This document shows positions 1 through 13,268 of a DNA stretch of 64,000 bases, piece after piece (position 1 is the stretch's first letter; each line of letters opens with the position of its first letter). The position numbers and the translations under genes were made by a program. This DNA comes from Octopus vulgaris (Eukaryota), in NCBI GenBank assembly GCA_951406725.2, contig OX597814.1:179986001-180050000 (forward strand), written 5' to 3'. The notes under the pieces were generated by a model that saw only the letters and a program-made list of their open reading frames with translations, was not told where the DNA came from and searched no databases.

Positions 1-49
1 ACATATGTATATATATATGTATATATATATGTATATATATATATATGTG

Positions 50-207
50 TATATATGGACTTGTGTGTGCATGTGTGTATGTAGATATGTGTGTGTATGT
101 GTGTATGTGTATGTGTGTGTATGTATATATTTTTTTGTGTGTATATGTATGTGTGGGCGTGTGTGTATATATACATGTGTGTGTGTATATATATATGCAT
201 GTATATG

Positions 208-278
<71 letters not shown>

Positions 279-628
279 ATGTATGTGTGTATGTATATGT
301 GTGTGTGTGTGTGTATATATATACATATGTGTATATGTATAAGTGAGAATCTCCTTATTTACCTAAAACTCTATTCTTCTATATATTTTTCTATATATTT
401 TTTTATTCTTTTATTTATTCTTTTATCTAATTTACCACTGACTCCTTGACCACTCCCCCAAGTATGATATTTTTGCGCTATGCCTACCCCCAAAAAGTCC
501 CCCACCACCACCCCTTTAAACCTGCCTAAATGTATAAATGCCAATACAATTCTTGTTAACTAGCTTCCTGATGATTTCTCTTGAATGAAACAGTTCTAGT
601 CCTGTAGAAGCTCCTTCTATATAATAAA
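50..628 (+). mobile_element. ORF-less hammerhead-bearing Penelope-like element, family H1 (TG/TA-rich body plus unique 3' part); may start before the window edge
   Basis: Near-identical to the reverse complement of 26025-26605 and, in part, to 26968-27325. Contains a hammerhead at 562-612 and ends in (TA)n. Confidence 0.8.
562..612 (+). ncRNA. Type I hammerhead ribozyme (H1 family)
   Basis: AGCTTC-CTGATGA-T-TTC(TCTT)GAA-T-GAAACAG(TTCTAGTC)CTGTA^GAAGCT. Intact core, stem I AGCTTC/GAAGCT, stem III ACAG/CTGT, GUA cleavage triplet. Confidence 0.8.
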
Positions 629-634
629 ATAAAA

Positions 635-712
<78 letters not shown>

Positions 713-860
713 ATATATATATTAGTGCATATATATGCACTTGCACTTGCAGCTTTTGAATTAGATATCAGAAGGTTAAAAAAAGTAGAATAAATATGAC
801 ATCCGGCGGAAATAGTCAATACTCTGGCGCTGCAAAAAGTCAGTCTTCGTACTGTGCACA

Positions 861-892
<32 letters not shown>

Positions 893-1462
893 GCACGCAC
901 ACACACACACTCACACACTCACACACACACAATGAAAGAGCGCGTACATACAAACACATGTACAACACATACACATGTACATTTTATACGCACTCATCAT
1001 TTTAAAGATATTTAGTTTCATCTTATCCGAATTGGTTATTAACTATATACCTACTGTCGTGTCTAATTTAGTGTGAAATGTTAATTAAAAGCAATAAATT
1101 AAACAGTAGCAGACAACATCATCATATAGAACCAAACGAAGATTCAGACTCCAAGTTGTGCCAAATGGAATGACCCGTCCTATTAGAAATGGAACGTCTC
1201 ATATGCCTACATGATGTAGAAAATAACCTGTACGTTGTGAGCCGTCGAGTCAACACTGTAGTACTGTAGTATTTATCCTTCATGTAGCAATCCCACGTGG
1301 GAGCCCATACGTGTTCATGCGAGCAACTAGAAATTGTAGCTAAATCTGCTCCATATCACATCATAACGTTTAAATAAAAGGAGTCATTTCAAAAATGTAG
1401 TTCCAAATACCATATGTCTGAAAAGTTTTAAGTACATGATAATCAAACAGTGTCTGACTATA

Positions 1463-1663
1463 AGAGCTGGCAGAAACGTTAGCACACTGGGTGAAATGCG
1501 TAGCCGAGTTCAAATTCCGCCGAGGTCGACATTGCCTTTCCTCCTTTCGGGGTCGATAAGTAAAGTACCAGTTTCGCACTGGGGTCGATGTAATCGACTT
1601 AATCCCTTTGTCTGTCCTTGTTTGTCCCCTCTATGTTCAGCCCCTTGTGAGCAATAAAGAAAT
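1463..1663 (+). mobile_element. tRNA-derived SINE, family A (internally deleted)
   Basis: GAGCTGGCAGAAACGTTAGC head, B-box GAGTTCAAATTCC, central GCCTTT..CCTTTCGGGGTCGATAA domain, AAAGAAATA tail. Confidence 0.85.
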
Positions 1664-3023
1664 ATATAAGTCAATAGATCAGAGCTGACCTGGAAATATA
1701 TTTTTCGTGTCAAGGGTGAAATAAGCCGTGTGAAGTCTTGTCCTCCCGATTGTTAACTACAGAGAAATATAACTAGTATGAGAATAGAATAAAATGAATT
1801 ATGGCAATTAGAGGACGAACCGGTGTCTTTAACTTGTCTCTCCAAGAACGATGCTACAACATCACATATAAAAAGGTCGTTTCTGTCACCATGAATTTCT
1901 GGCCTACGTCTTCGTATCTTACTCTGCGATAACATGGGGAAATGTTTCTACCATATTTTTCTCTGGCATTGTGAATAGAGTTTGATTTTGAAACTTCAAA
2001 ATAACAGGCGTGGCGAGAAAATATCAGTGTTCTCGACAGAGGAGGAAAACATGTCATTCAATTAAAATTACATTCTACGTATTGAGAACATTTCTTGGCT
2101 GTGCGTCAGGTCGTCAAATGAATTCTAAAGGGTACCAACTACTCCGCAATAGTTTGTTCGCTCTATCTACTCGCTGTTTGTGCACTATTATAATATTCAA
2201 ATATACGTTACTGCTTTGTTTGGAGGGAAAAAAAGGAGAGTGTTCACCAGACTTTATGTTTGAAGGCCTACGTGTCTGTTAAGAGGAAGAGAGAAATTTA
2301 TCACCAAATCAGATATCTAATCGGTATGCTTGCAAAAGAATAACCTCTCCTGAAGACGTCCCAGGACCGAGTGGAGATGTTGAACCAGTCGGAGTATTAA
2401 GTATAGCCCCAAAAAAAACTCAGAACCAGAACGATTACAGAACAGCATTTTTGTGTCGCTGAAATAATTCCGCAAATTCACCACCATCGACTGGTACATT
2501 ACTTTATCGATCTCAAAAAGATGCAAGGCAAAACCGACCTGGTTGGGATTTGAACTCAGAGCGTAACGGAACAGGAACAAATACTACAAAGATTTTAGGA
2601 TCCACACTCTAAAAATCTGCAAATTCGCTGCTTTGGTGGAAAATCAAATGTCAGTTCTATGACTGTCTTTATGCTAATCTACAAATAAAACGGTACATGT
2701 CGGGAATACTCAGTTTGTCATCAAATCTGTAGAGATTATGGTGTATATATACAACCTTAACATTCAATTGATTCGAATTATGTTCAGCTCTACCGTATCA
2801 TAAACTAGCATTAAAGTTTCAACTACCATCACCCCACCACACACACATACACATACGCATACACGCACACACATACGCACAAACACACATATATACTCCC
2901 ACACACACACACATCACACACACACACACATACTCACACACACACACACAAGACCCATATCAACGTTTACACCAATTCATTTCAATTCAATCACCTGTAT
3001 TAAGAGGAGGAGCTGGAGCAGAG

Positions 3024-3107
3024 GAAGAAGAAGAAGAAGAAGAAGAAGAAGAAGAAGAAGAAGAAGAAGAAGAAGAAGAAGAAGAAGAAGAAGAAGAAGA
3101 AGAAGAA
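3024..3107. repeat. (GAA)n microsatellite
   Basis: Directly visible. Confidence 0.98.
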
Positions 3108-3390
3108 ACCGTAAACAGAGACGTCAGAAAGATGTCATCGAAACGGACACAAAATGCTCTACAAGCTATTTTGGAGTATTTGGGCGCAGCTTTTTAATCG
3201 ATATCCTTAAAAAAGATGCAAATACGACACTTCTCACAGGGTTTATTAACAAAGCATAGATAAAACAAGTACCAGTTGAACACTGGGGCCGACGTACGTA
3301 ATAGACTCATGCCCACCACCTCAAAGCAGCCCTTGCGGCAAAAATTCTAAATAATTATTACTGTTACTTCAACATCAACATCACAATACC

Positions 3391-3583
3391 TATTTCTTTA
3401 TTTCTTTACTGCCCACAAGGGGCTACACACAGAGCGGATAAACAAGAACAGACAAACGGATTAAGTCGATTACATCGACCCCAGTGCGTAACTGGTACTT
3501 ATTTAATCGACCCCGAAAGGATGAAAGGCAAAGTCGACCTCGGCAGAATTTGATCTCAGAACGTAGCAGCAGACGGAATACCG
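3391..3583 (-). mobile_element. SINE family A, headless unit
   Basis: Reverse complement of the 184-bp unit seen at 58320-59238. Tail is abutted by AATACC. Confidence 0.88.
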
Positions 3584-3979
3584 TTACCTTCACATTCACC
3601 AACAGCACAAAACCTAACCCAGCAACACCATCACTCCTACCACCACCACCACCACCACCATCACTACCACCACCGCAGTCTCACAACCATCACTGTCACA
3701 ACCATCAGCAACCACTACAGCTAATACCAAACATACCGCGCCTCACAACGTTTCTGTAGAAACGTGTATGGAGAAATGTGACAGTTGTTATTTGCCCAAA
3801 CAAATTAAGTTATAAAACTGTCTTGGCACGTTTACTTGAAAAGGAGGTTCCACAGCAAGTTTTAATTTAGATTATTTCTGAAGAGATACGTATAGAGACG
3901 GTTACACAAGCTAAGCATTCGTACATTTTTAAGTAGGCATACGCATATGTGCTGGCGTTTCTGTATATATATATATATT

Positions 3980-4068
<89 letters not shown>

Positions 4069-4311
4069 GTGTTTGTGTGTGTGTGTATACATATATATAT
4101 GTACGTGTATATATATACTTACATATATATATATATATATATACCCACAGATTTTAAAATATACCTATTCATATAGATGCATATATAGCTATATATGTGC
4201 GTATATATATATATATATATATATACATAAATATACATGCACACACATGCGTACACATGGTATGTATCTGTATGTATAGCAGCTACTGAGACGCATATGC
4301 AAATATGTATT

Positions 4312-4376
<65 letters not shown>

Positions 4377-4953
4377 TCATGTATATGTGTGTGTAGGTAT
4401 GTGTGTTTGTATGTACATACATATATATGTGTATATATTTATGCATATATGCGTATGCATGAATGTGTGTGTATATATATATATATTTATATATACACAG
4501 ACACACACCATGTAAATATGTAGGTAAATGTATGTTTCTGTATTATACGTATTATATGTGATATATACTCATACATATAGACACATATATAATGTATCCG
4601 TGTGCTAATGACTTTCGGTGTTCATATGTCTTGTGTTTGTAGTTTTTGAACTTTTATGTATATACTTTAAACCGTCTGTTCTGAGTTTACTTACTGAAAC
4701 AAACATTAACTTTTTTATTGTAATACCTGTCTTGACTATTTACTATTTTTCTCTATTTTATGAGTGTGCAGGTATATGAATATACATAGGTGTGTATATG
4801 TGTATATATGTTCATGTGTGCATCTGAACATACGTAAGTCACTAATTTTATTTTTTTCATTTTGGTTTCTACAAAAGTTTAGATATTTTAAGCGATGAGT
4901 CTTTAGTGACTTATATATATATATATATATATATCCATGCACGCTCATATACA

Positions 4954-5009
<56 letters not shown>

Positions 5010-5023
5010 TACATGTATATATG

Positions 5024-5054
<31 letters not shown>

Positions 5055-5732
5055 ATCTGTATACATATATTACATATGTGTATATGTGTGTGTGTGCGTA
5101 TGTATATATATGTATATGCAGGCTCATATACAAACATATATATATATTTACATACAAGCATATATATATATAAATACATATATATATACATATATATATA
5201 TGTAATATATGTATGTATATATACATAGAAGCATACATATACTTATATACATATATATATACATATATGTGTGTGTATTTTATGGCTTTATTGTGTAATA
5301 GATATATAAAGAAAATTTTATCAAAAGCTAACTTTATATCGAAAGAAATATTGTTTGTGACATAACGTAATTAGCCGAAACTATCATCAAACTAGGAGTG
5401 GGTTGAAAAATTTTAGATAACATCTATCTGTTTGCTTGTAAGTACATATGCATGCATGCATGTATGTATGTATGTATGTATGTATGTATGTATGTATGTA
5501 TGTATGTATGTATGTGTTTAAGCATATAGATTAGTAAGTAGGGAGGTAGGAACAAGTATGTATGAATGTATACATACACATATGTACATGTATTTAGGTA
5601 TGTATGTATGTTTGTATGTATGCATGTATGTATGTGTTTACGTATCTATACGCACATACGCATATAGATGTGATTTTTATTTATGACTATATCAAAACAC
5701 AGAACGTTTATATATGTGTGATAATATATATA

Positions 5733-5764
<32 letters not shown>

Positions 5765-6114
5765 GTGTAAAGAAATAAGATTCAATGATTTAGGTACTTA
5801 AGTTGAGGCACCCACTCAGTCCAAATTATCTGCAGACCTCGAACATAACTTCCCAGCAGCTAGAACTTAAAGTAAATCAAAACCTTCGATTCAGTAGCAC
5901 TGTGTACAAACTCTTTACCTGGAATGACCAATTTTAAATACTACTGGAATTTACTCACAAGGTATTGGAATCTTATATGTATACCATTCTGCCTAAATAA
6001 TGGATCTACAAGTGCAATATCCCTGCATATCTCACATCTATTTTCATTCCTCCACTTCACTCTCTATTTCGTATCTTATCTAAATTAACTATTACTTAAC
6101 CACTTTCTCACTCC

Positions 6115-6162
6115 GTCTCCGATGAAGGGATATAATAAATATCCTGGAAACAGCTGTAAGGC
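6115..6162 (+). ncRNA. Minimal hammerhead-like motif (PLE terminal repeat) with one core mismatch
   Basis: GTCT-CCGATGA-AGGGATAT(AATAA)ATATCCTG-GAAAC-AGCT-GTA^AGGC. Palindromic helix III; CCGATGA instead of CTGATGA. Confidence 0.6.
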
Positions 6163-6234
6163 CTATTTATAAATACTCTAAAATCTTCTCAGCCTTGGAT
6201 TTTTATCTAATTCTGAAAAAAAAAAAAAAAAAAA

Positions 6235-6307
<73 letters not shown>

Positions 6308-6802
6308 GTCATCATGTACATTGTTTTGCCTTGGTATAAAAGATGGGCTACAGCAAATATTCTGCTCAATACCACAGATTTGCTTGTCAGTTGTTTGACC
6401 TTAACCAGTTGAGCATGTCCCTTAGTGGCTGACAATACGTGCATCTCTGATCACGAGCAGAAGTAGTGGGGGAGCATCATAGCCATGTGTTGAGAGGGAT
6501 TCTTTGGAGTTTGAATAATTCACCTCTGGAAACATAGGTGTTTCGTTCAACATCCTAAAGCAACCCTTATTCAGGGACCTTTTGAGCAGGATGGGCTACT
6601 CGACCTGAAGAAAATTCTAACTGGGCCCCACCTGCAAGGTCATGTGCTGTTTATCTTGATATGAGATCACCATGTCGCGCACATATGGTTGTGATGCATG
6701 TGCCTGGTGTACCTTTATCAGACGGGTAGTCATGATGGGTATGCTGGGCTTCGTATATTTTACCCCAGTGTCACTTTGATGGCATGCACTGCTCTCTCAC
6801 TC
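6308..6802 (+). mobile_element. ~500-bp non-coding insert splitting an (AAT)n tract; possibly the 3' UTR of an (AAT)n-targeting Dong/R4-type retroelement
   Basis: Balanced-GC block flanked by (AAT)n on both sides (6236-6307, 6803-6980). The family assignment is inference. Confidence 0.5.
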
Positions 6803-6898
<96 letters not shown>

Positions 6899-6981
6899 TA
6901 ATAATAAAAATTAAAATAATAATAATAATAAAAATTAAAATAATAATAATAATAATAATTAAAATAATAATAATAATAATT

Positions 6982-7391
6982 TGAGGGAATATTATTATTC
7001 CAAACTTTCAGGGAAAAATTCAATTTAGAAATACTAAATCAAATTTCACAAAATATAATATATATATATAAATTAGAAAAAAAACACCTTTTATCAATTC
7101 AAAATGAAAAATCAAATTACACCATCTAGAAAATTACATATAATAGAAATATTAAATATAAGATAAAAAGATATACTGATGATTAAGTAATGTGTAAAGT
7201 AATAAATAAAACGTATATATTTGGTATTTATATACGTTTTACTTATTATTTTGCACATTACTTAATCATCGGTATATTTTTTTATCTTATATTTAATATT
7301 TCTATTATATGTAATTTTCTAGATGGTGTAATTAAATTTTTCATTTTGAATTGATAAAAGGTATTTTTTTCTAATTTATATATATATATAT
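6982..7391. mobile_element. Fold-back insert (~160-bp arms) with unpaired tail, PLE-like
   Basis: 7060-7219 is the reverse complement of 7229-7391 with roughly 10 mismatches. Tail 6982-7058 begins AGGGAATA..TCCAAA..CAGGGAAAAA. Confidence 0.7.
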
Positions 7392-8461
7392 AAAGTACAT
7401 ATATACCTAGAAACGTCACACACACAAAATGCACTTAAATGCACATTGTGGAAAAAGCGAGAGATAGAGAGATTATATAATGTTAGATAAGAATGCATTT
7501 CTATGATATTCATGGAAAATAGAAATAAAAATAACATCGGAATACATAGGTTAACTACAGATTAATTAAACCTCAAATTAAGTTATTCGTGTTTTGTACG
7601 TGCAAATTAATTGCCCGCTAGGACACTATATTTTGTTTTGGACCATAATATGCTACCAAGTATATTACACGTTTACGTTGCTTAAATACACATTATGTGT
7701 TCGTGGATAGTTGATGGGTTGGATGTGGTGCTATTGAAAGAGTAATAGCTCTTCAAATATGCATATACACATATTACCTTTTTTTTCTATTTTCGATCGC
7801 ATTGTCCACATAGAAGCATTCGTTTACGAAACATCTTAACTTCCAGTGTTAGATCTGAATTCTATAGAAAATCTATATAGATAATCTTAAATGTGAAAAT
7901 ATCGCAATACTAACAGAAGCTGAGACACAATATTGATTTGTAAACCTATCATATACTTGGTTGTATATTATGGTTGCAAAACGGAATAATGTGTCCTTGC
8001 CAACGATTAACTCTCTCACATGAATGCGCGCATGCACGCACTCTATTATGTTATTCGCAACATGGCGGATCGATATTTGGAGTAAAATTATTATCCACCT
8101 GTTTGCATTGCGTTTTCACTTATTTAAAACTATTTTATCCACTTAACATGTTAGTATTTGTATTTGTATAAACTTACATAGGAGCATACACACATACATA
8201 CAGACTTATGTACATGTATGTATTGTGAAGATACATGCTGTAATGTTGAAATTGTTGAATACATGATTAATATGTTATGAGTTTGGTTCCCGGACCAGGC
8301 ACTGAATTATGTCTTGGCAAATGTTCTTACTTTTATGTTGTTCCAGTCTATTTAGCTGAAAGTTATTGCCAGCTGATTGCTAAAGCAGCTATTTTCCCCT
8401 TCAACTGTCATATCATTGATGATCTGCTCAGGCCAGAGTAGGAGGATTGACAGTGTGTCTA

Positions 8462-8680
8462 CGAGGGGGTGCTGAAAAGTTTCTGGCTTTGGGTAAAAGA
8501 AAATACAGGAAGATTAGTTCATTATGGTTTTATTTAATATATTCACCTCTCAGATTCACACACTTATTGCAGCGGCCCTTCAGTTTTTCTAAGCCCTGCA
8601 AAAGTACTCGGAAGGTTGGGCCTCCAACCAAGCATTTCGCAATATCCTTAAAACCAGAAATTTTCAGCATCCTACCTCCG
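8462..8680. mobile_element. Mariner-derived MITE
   Basis: TIRs CGAGGGGGTGCTGAAAAGTTTCTGG / CCAGAAATTTTCAGCATCC..CCG with TA flanks. Homologous to 57042-57635 and partly to 32060-32176. Confidence 0.75.
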
Positions 8681-8761
8681 TATGTCTGCTCGCGACTACA
8701 TAGGCAATTTAAGCAACGGGCGAAAGCACTGAAGCAAGAATGTCATACTCACTTTGTGTGC

Positions 8762-8827
<66 letters not shown>

Positions 8828-8850
8828 GGTGGTGGTGGTGGTGGTGGTGT

Positions 8851-8897
<47 letters not shown>
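8762..8897. repeat. (AGT)n/(GGT)n compound microsatellite
   Basis: Directly visible. Confidence 0.97.
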
Positions 8898-9774
8898 AAG
8901 TTGTTTTCAGATAATCACGTGGTATTAACAGTTAGCTCTCCATTCGAAATCGGCAGTCAGTAAACGTAGCTATCAGAGTTGAATCGTAGATGTACCCATA
9001 ATGTTCTGTTGATCTGAAGAGTTAGCTTTCTTTATTAGCATTAATTTGTGAATATAAAATTGTATTGTATAATGCTGAACATACATATTGATGTAAACGT
9101 GTACGTATAATTTTGCATACTGAAATAAATAATATTACATAATAAAGCTTTTACGATAGCTCTAATCATGTGGAATTCATATCGGAAAAATTAAATCTAT
9201 ATATATTCACCTCTTTTACCTCCTTACTTGATGTTTTGTACGTGTGCACGTGTGTGTGCACGTGTGTGTGCACGCGTGTGTGCACACATGTGTACGAGTG
9301 TGTACGTGTGTGTGTACGTGTATTTATTTCTTCGTGTATGTGTTACGTGGCTCCTCAATAACTTAAATGACTACATATGCGGTCGAGTAAACCCTTATAA
9401 AAATTAGCCGCACTTAATTGCCAGTGATTCAATATTATTTGCTCAAGTAAGGAGCATTAGCGGGAGGAGATGATGTTACTGCCAGCTTGCAAGTATATCA
9501 CCTGCTTCGTGTATAAAAATCACAGATAGTGTATAAAAGAGAGATCGGTTGATAACAGTTTAAACTAGCAATTAACAACACAATAATTGCTATGGAAGCC
9601 ATCAAACTTTGGTTTACTCTTTTTCTGCGTTGCATGCTAATTACGTACAACGAACTCGATATTCTGACAGAAAACAGGTGTCGACAAAATATATTTCCAC
9701 GTAATTCCAGCACCTTCGACAGAACTTGATATTGTCTGCGTGTTTTCTCTAAACACAATGATTTTTTCGTTTTA

Positions 9775-10000
9775 TCTTTTATCGTCTACTTGTTTCAGTG
9801 ATTGGAACTGTGACCATGCTGGGGCAGCTTAAAGGCCTTTAGTCGAACAAATCAACCTTAGTACATATTATTTTTATAAATCCTGGTACTTATTCTATCG
9901 GTTTCTTTTGCCGAACTGTTAAGTTATGGGGAGCTAATCAAAGCGGTTGTCAAGCGGTGATAGGCGACAGTCGCAAACACAAAGGCACCCACATACATAT
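9775..10000 (-). mobile_element. SINE family B, diverged 3' half
   Basis: Matches ACTTGTTTCAGT...GTACTTATTCTATCGG..TTTTGCCGAAC...GTTGTCAAGCG of 62293-62761. Confidence 0.7.
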
Positions 10001-10382
10001 ATATATACTTATAAACAAATATACATATATGTGATCAAAAGCATTTCAAGCGAAAATATCCTTAAATTATCCAAAGCTACGGCTATCCCGAAACCACATA
10101 AACCAATATGTCTGTACTTTTACTAAGTCGATAAGACTAAATCTAACGGATATTATTTTGTTATAGAGACTCCCTTGTTGATATGATGCCTAATAATTCT
10201 TTCTACTATAGACACAAGGTCTGGAATTTTTGTGGGTAAGAGCTTGTCGATCACATCAACCCCAGCGCTCAGATGGGCATTTGAGACCAGAGCGATATTT
10301 GATATTATACCGGAAGAAATGCCGCTAAGCAATTTATCCGACGTGCAAACGGTTCTGCCAGCTCGTCGCCTTGACACGATAG

Positions 10383-10600
10383 GGCAACCAGCTGGGAGAA
10401 TCATTAGCACGCCGGGCAAAATGCTTACCAGTCTTTCATCCGTCTTTACGTTCTGAGTTCAAAATCTGCCGAGGTCGACTTTGTCTTTCACTCCCCCGGA
10501 GTCGATGAATATAAGTACCAGTCGAGTACTGGTATCAATGTGCTCGACTTAATCCCTCACCCAAAATTGCTGGCCTTGTGCCAAAATTTGAAATCAATAT
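10383..10600 (+). mobile_element. Older SINE A-related copy (GGCCTTGTGCCAAAATTTGAAA tail); opposite-strand relic at ~10190-10370
   Basis: A-type head, B-box and central domain with a different tail. Similar copies at 37070-37265, 61207-61422 and 63595-63792. Confidence 0.7.
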
Positions 10601-11493
10601 TTATGTTAGCAAAGGAGATCGGTTGTCATGATGTTCATAAGCTTACGAACGAAATGAGGAATGTTAATAGAATGAAACAGCATTGACTAAATTGAAGAAG
10701 AAAGTTGGTCTGTATCTACTGGCAGCTGCTCTAGAAAAATTAAATATTTTTTCCTATTCTTGCTATAAGTCTAAACATTTTGATTCTGAGAAATAGTTTA
10801 TTTAATACAATTACAGTGCGATAAACATATATTTACTATTCAAATGCACTCAAACACATTTACTTCGTGTAAACATTATTTAGTGTCAAAATTTTTATCG
10901 CAACAACTGCGACCTGGTCACAAGCTCTGAATATTATTTGACACCAAATAATAAATGCTTATATGAAATGAATACATTTTGCATATTTTTCAATGACTTT
11001 CATGCAGTAATCGTTTTAGTTCCAACGCATGATCTCAGATCAAACCACTCGCCAGGCAAGTACATCTCCAAAGTTCATTTAATATATTTTCAATAAATTA
11101 ATGTAAGTGTGTGCTGCTGCATACCTGGTCCTTTCTTTGTAAGGCCTTGCCTCTTGAACAATGGGAATTAAAGTCGTGCTTATGCTAACTAATAGACACA
11201 ACTCAATATCACAAGGAACTTAATCTGTAGTATTACCGCTTACACACACATATATATGCATATGAAAAGGTTAAACGAAAGCGCTTACATACTAGAAGAA
11301 AACTTCCTCCGGATTGGTTAGTGACATTGTCATAAAAGATTTCGTACCATTTTTTTAATTATCTATTTTTAAAAATTACCTACACACTTCAAAATTGTAT
11401 TAAGTAATTCTCATAGGCTTTCGTATATATATATACATACACACGTACGCTTTAAAATACACACACATACACACATACATATATATATATATA

Positions 11494-11800
11494 TGGACGT
11501 GCAATAGCCCAGTGACTAGGGCAGCGGACTCGCGGTCGTAGGATCGCGGTTTCGATTCCCAGACCGGGCGTTGTGTGTGTTTATTGAGCGAAAATACATA
11601 AAGCTCCATGCGTCTCCGGCAGGGGTGGTGGTAACGCCTGTTGTACTCTTTCGCCCCAACTTTCTCTCACTCTCTCTTCCTGCTTCTTGAGTAACGCTGC
11701 GATGGACAGGCGTCCCGTCCAGCTAGGGGGAACACATACGCCACAGAAACCGGAAAACCGGGCCCATGAGTCTGGCTAGGCTTGAAAAAGGGCGCATAAA

Positions 11801-11805
<5 letters not shown>
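11494..11805 (+). mobile_element. tRNA-derived SINE, family C, tail variant 1
   Basis: tRNA-like head (GCAATAGCCCAGTG...GGTTTCGATTCC) shared with 36371-36759. Tail CTGCGATGGACAGGCGTCCCGTCCAG...GAAACCGG; A-rich end. Confidence 0.8.
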
Positions 11806-11847
<42 letters not shown>

Positions 11848-12779
11848 AACAAAAATATATATGTTGATCTCATATATACGCGTCCTAGATAGTATTTGAA
11901 CTCAGAAATAAAATAGCCGTAACGTACAATGCACGGCATTTTTCGACACTGTTACGAGTTTTCCAAATCACTATCCTTTGTATATTTCTAAATTGTATAA
12001 TTTATTCTCAAATCACCGTTTAAGCAATTTCATACGGAACGGTAAGAGTGAAATTTCAATTTTGTCATTCGTATTTTGTTATTCGGTATGTTTTAATTTA
12101 ACACATGTTGATTTAGTAATTAGAATCTCCCAACCGAATAGAATAGTTTATGCAGCCAGCAATATTGTTTTCTCTTCGCTGATGAGTGGATGCTCACACA
12201 AAACCTGAGGTTTCATTGTTTGATAAGAAACATATATTTAAACATTTCATATGTATCTTTAATTATACTTGAATGTGTATCTTCTATGAACATCTGATCA
12301 ATATATATGTTCAAACCATTATTGATCTTTCTGCATCTCTGGTAGAGAACAGGATATATGTACACCCACACACCAACACACATACAGGCACACACACACA
12401 CACACATACATAAACGCACACACCCACACATATACACAGACACATACACAACATGCACACACACAAACAAAAATACACACACACACACACAAACACACTC
12501 AAATACACACACATGCACGCACACATATATTCGCCTAGAAGTAGTAAGAAACTCTACATAGGAGTTGAGCAGTAGGTCTTCAGAGAAGCCCTCCCCACAC
12601 CAACCATGCAAATGTTTCGGCCCTTAATTCTTTACACTCAAAGGAGGCCGGGCCGCATGCAGGTCTAACTCGTGGATAACCCTCTGCTACCACATTCAAC
12701 CATTGTAACGCTGTAACGCACTGGAGGGTTAAGGTACCCCAGACTCTTGGTACCTTTGTGCAATAACCAGCTCATTGGA

Positions 12780-13085
12780 AGACACCAGTTGATTGTAGGG
12801 TATACACAGCCTTTTGAAATTTCTTTCCATTCCTCATAGATCAGATGAAATTTGGAACTCAGTTGCACCTGCCATTGCCTTAAGAGCTCTGTTTCCCTTT
12901 CTCCCAGAAATTGAGAGCTGCTTTATGAGGTCACATACAGATTTTTCCATAAACCCTCTCGCACCTATCTTTATGGCGGAATATCTCTACTTGTACTTTC
13001 AAACTGGCTGAGAAACAAATGTGGCTCTCTTTAATTTCGTCCGGTAGTATCAAGAGTTTACCACTTTTTCCAACCCCAGTTTGAA
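12780..13085 (-). pseudogene. Non-LTR retrotransposon C-terminal RLE fragment (HERO/NeSL-like)
   Basis: Minus-strand translation IKIGARGFMEKSVCDLIKQLSISGRKGNRALKAMAGATE matches the (E)VG.RGF terminal motif. Frameshifted. Confidence 0.55.
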
Positions 13086-13102
13086 ACTTATGGTAGGGAT
13101 AC

Positions 13103-13268
13103 AGTTCTATATTTAAGAGATGAGGAGTTATGTACATTATTTAATTTATTTACATTATTTACATTCGACGGATATTTGTCCTCATCTTGTTTGTTGTTAA
13201 CACAACGTTTCGGCTGATATACCTTCCAGACTTCATCAGGTGTCTTGGGGAAATTTCGAACCTGTAAA
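13103..13268 (-). mobile_element. Solo 3' fragment of a PLE terminal repeat (family H2) with 15-bp TSD
   Basis: TSD TTATGGTAGGGATAC at 13088-13102 and 13269-13283. Homologous to 35994-36100 and 36940-37018; same ATAGAACTGTA end. Confidence 0.8.
13199..13244 (-). ncRNA. Ultra-minimal hammerhead-like motif (H2)
   Basis: Minus strand: GACAC-CTGATGA-A-GTCTGG(AAGGTATA)TCAGCC-GAAAC-GTT^GTGTT. Stem I GACAC/GTGTT; loopless helix III. Confidence 0.6.

Noticed and set aside
5325-5390. GCTAA...TTAGC-C-GAAAC-TATC-ATC hammerhead-like half
   Set aside because: No CTGANGA upstream; too decayed to call.
10855-10975. Degenerate inverted repeat
   Set aside because: AT-rich and imperfect; no TSD or second copy seen.
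12172-12216. CTGATGA-GTG..CAC-AAAAC motif
   Set aside because: GAAA broken, no stem I partner or clear cleavage triplet.
13040-13085. TGVGKS P-loop-like motif in ORF 12931-13137
   Set aside because: Straddles an insertion boundary; adjacent frames match an RLE LINE C-terminus rather than an NTPase.
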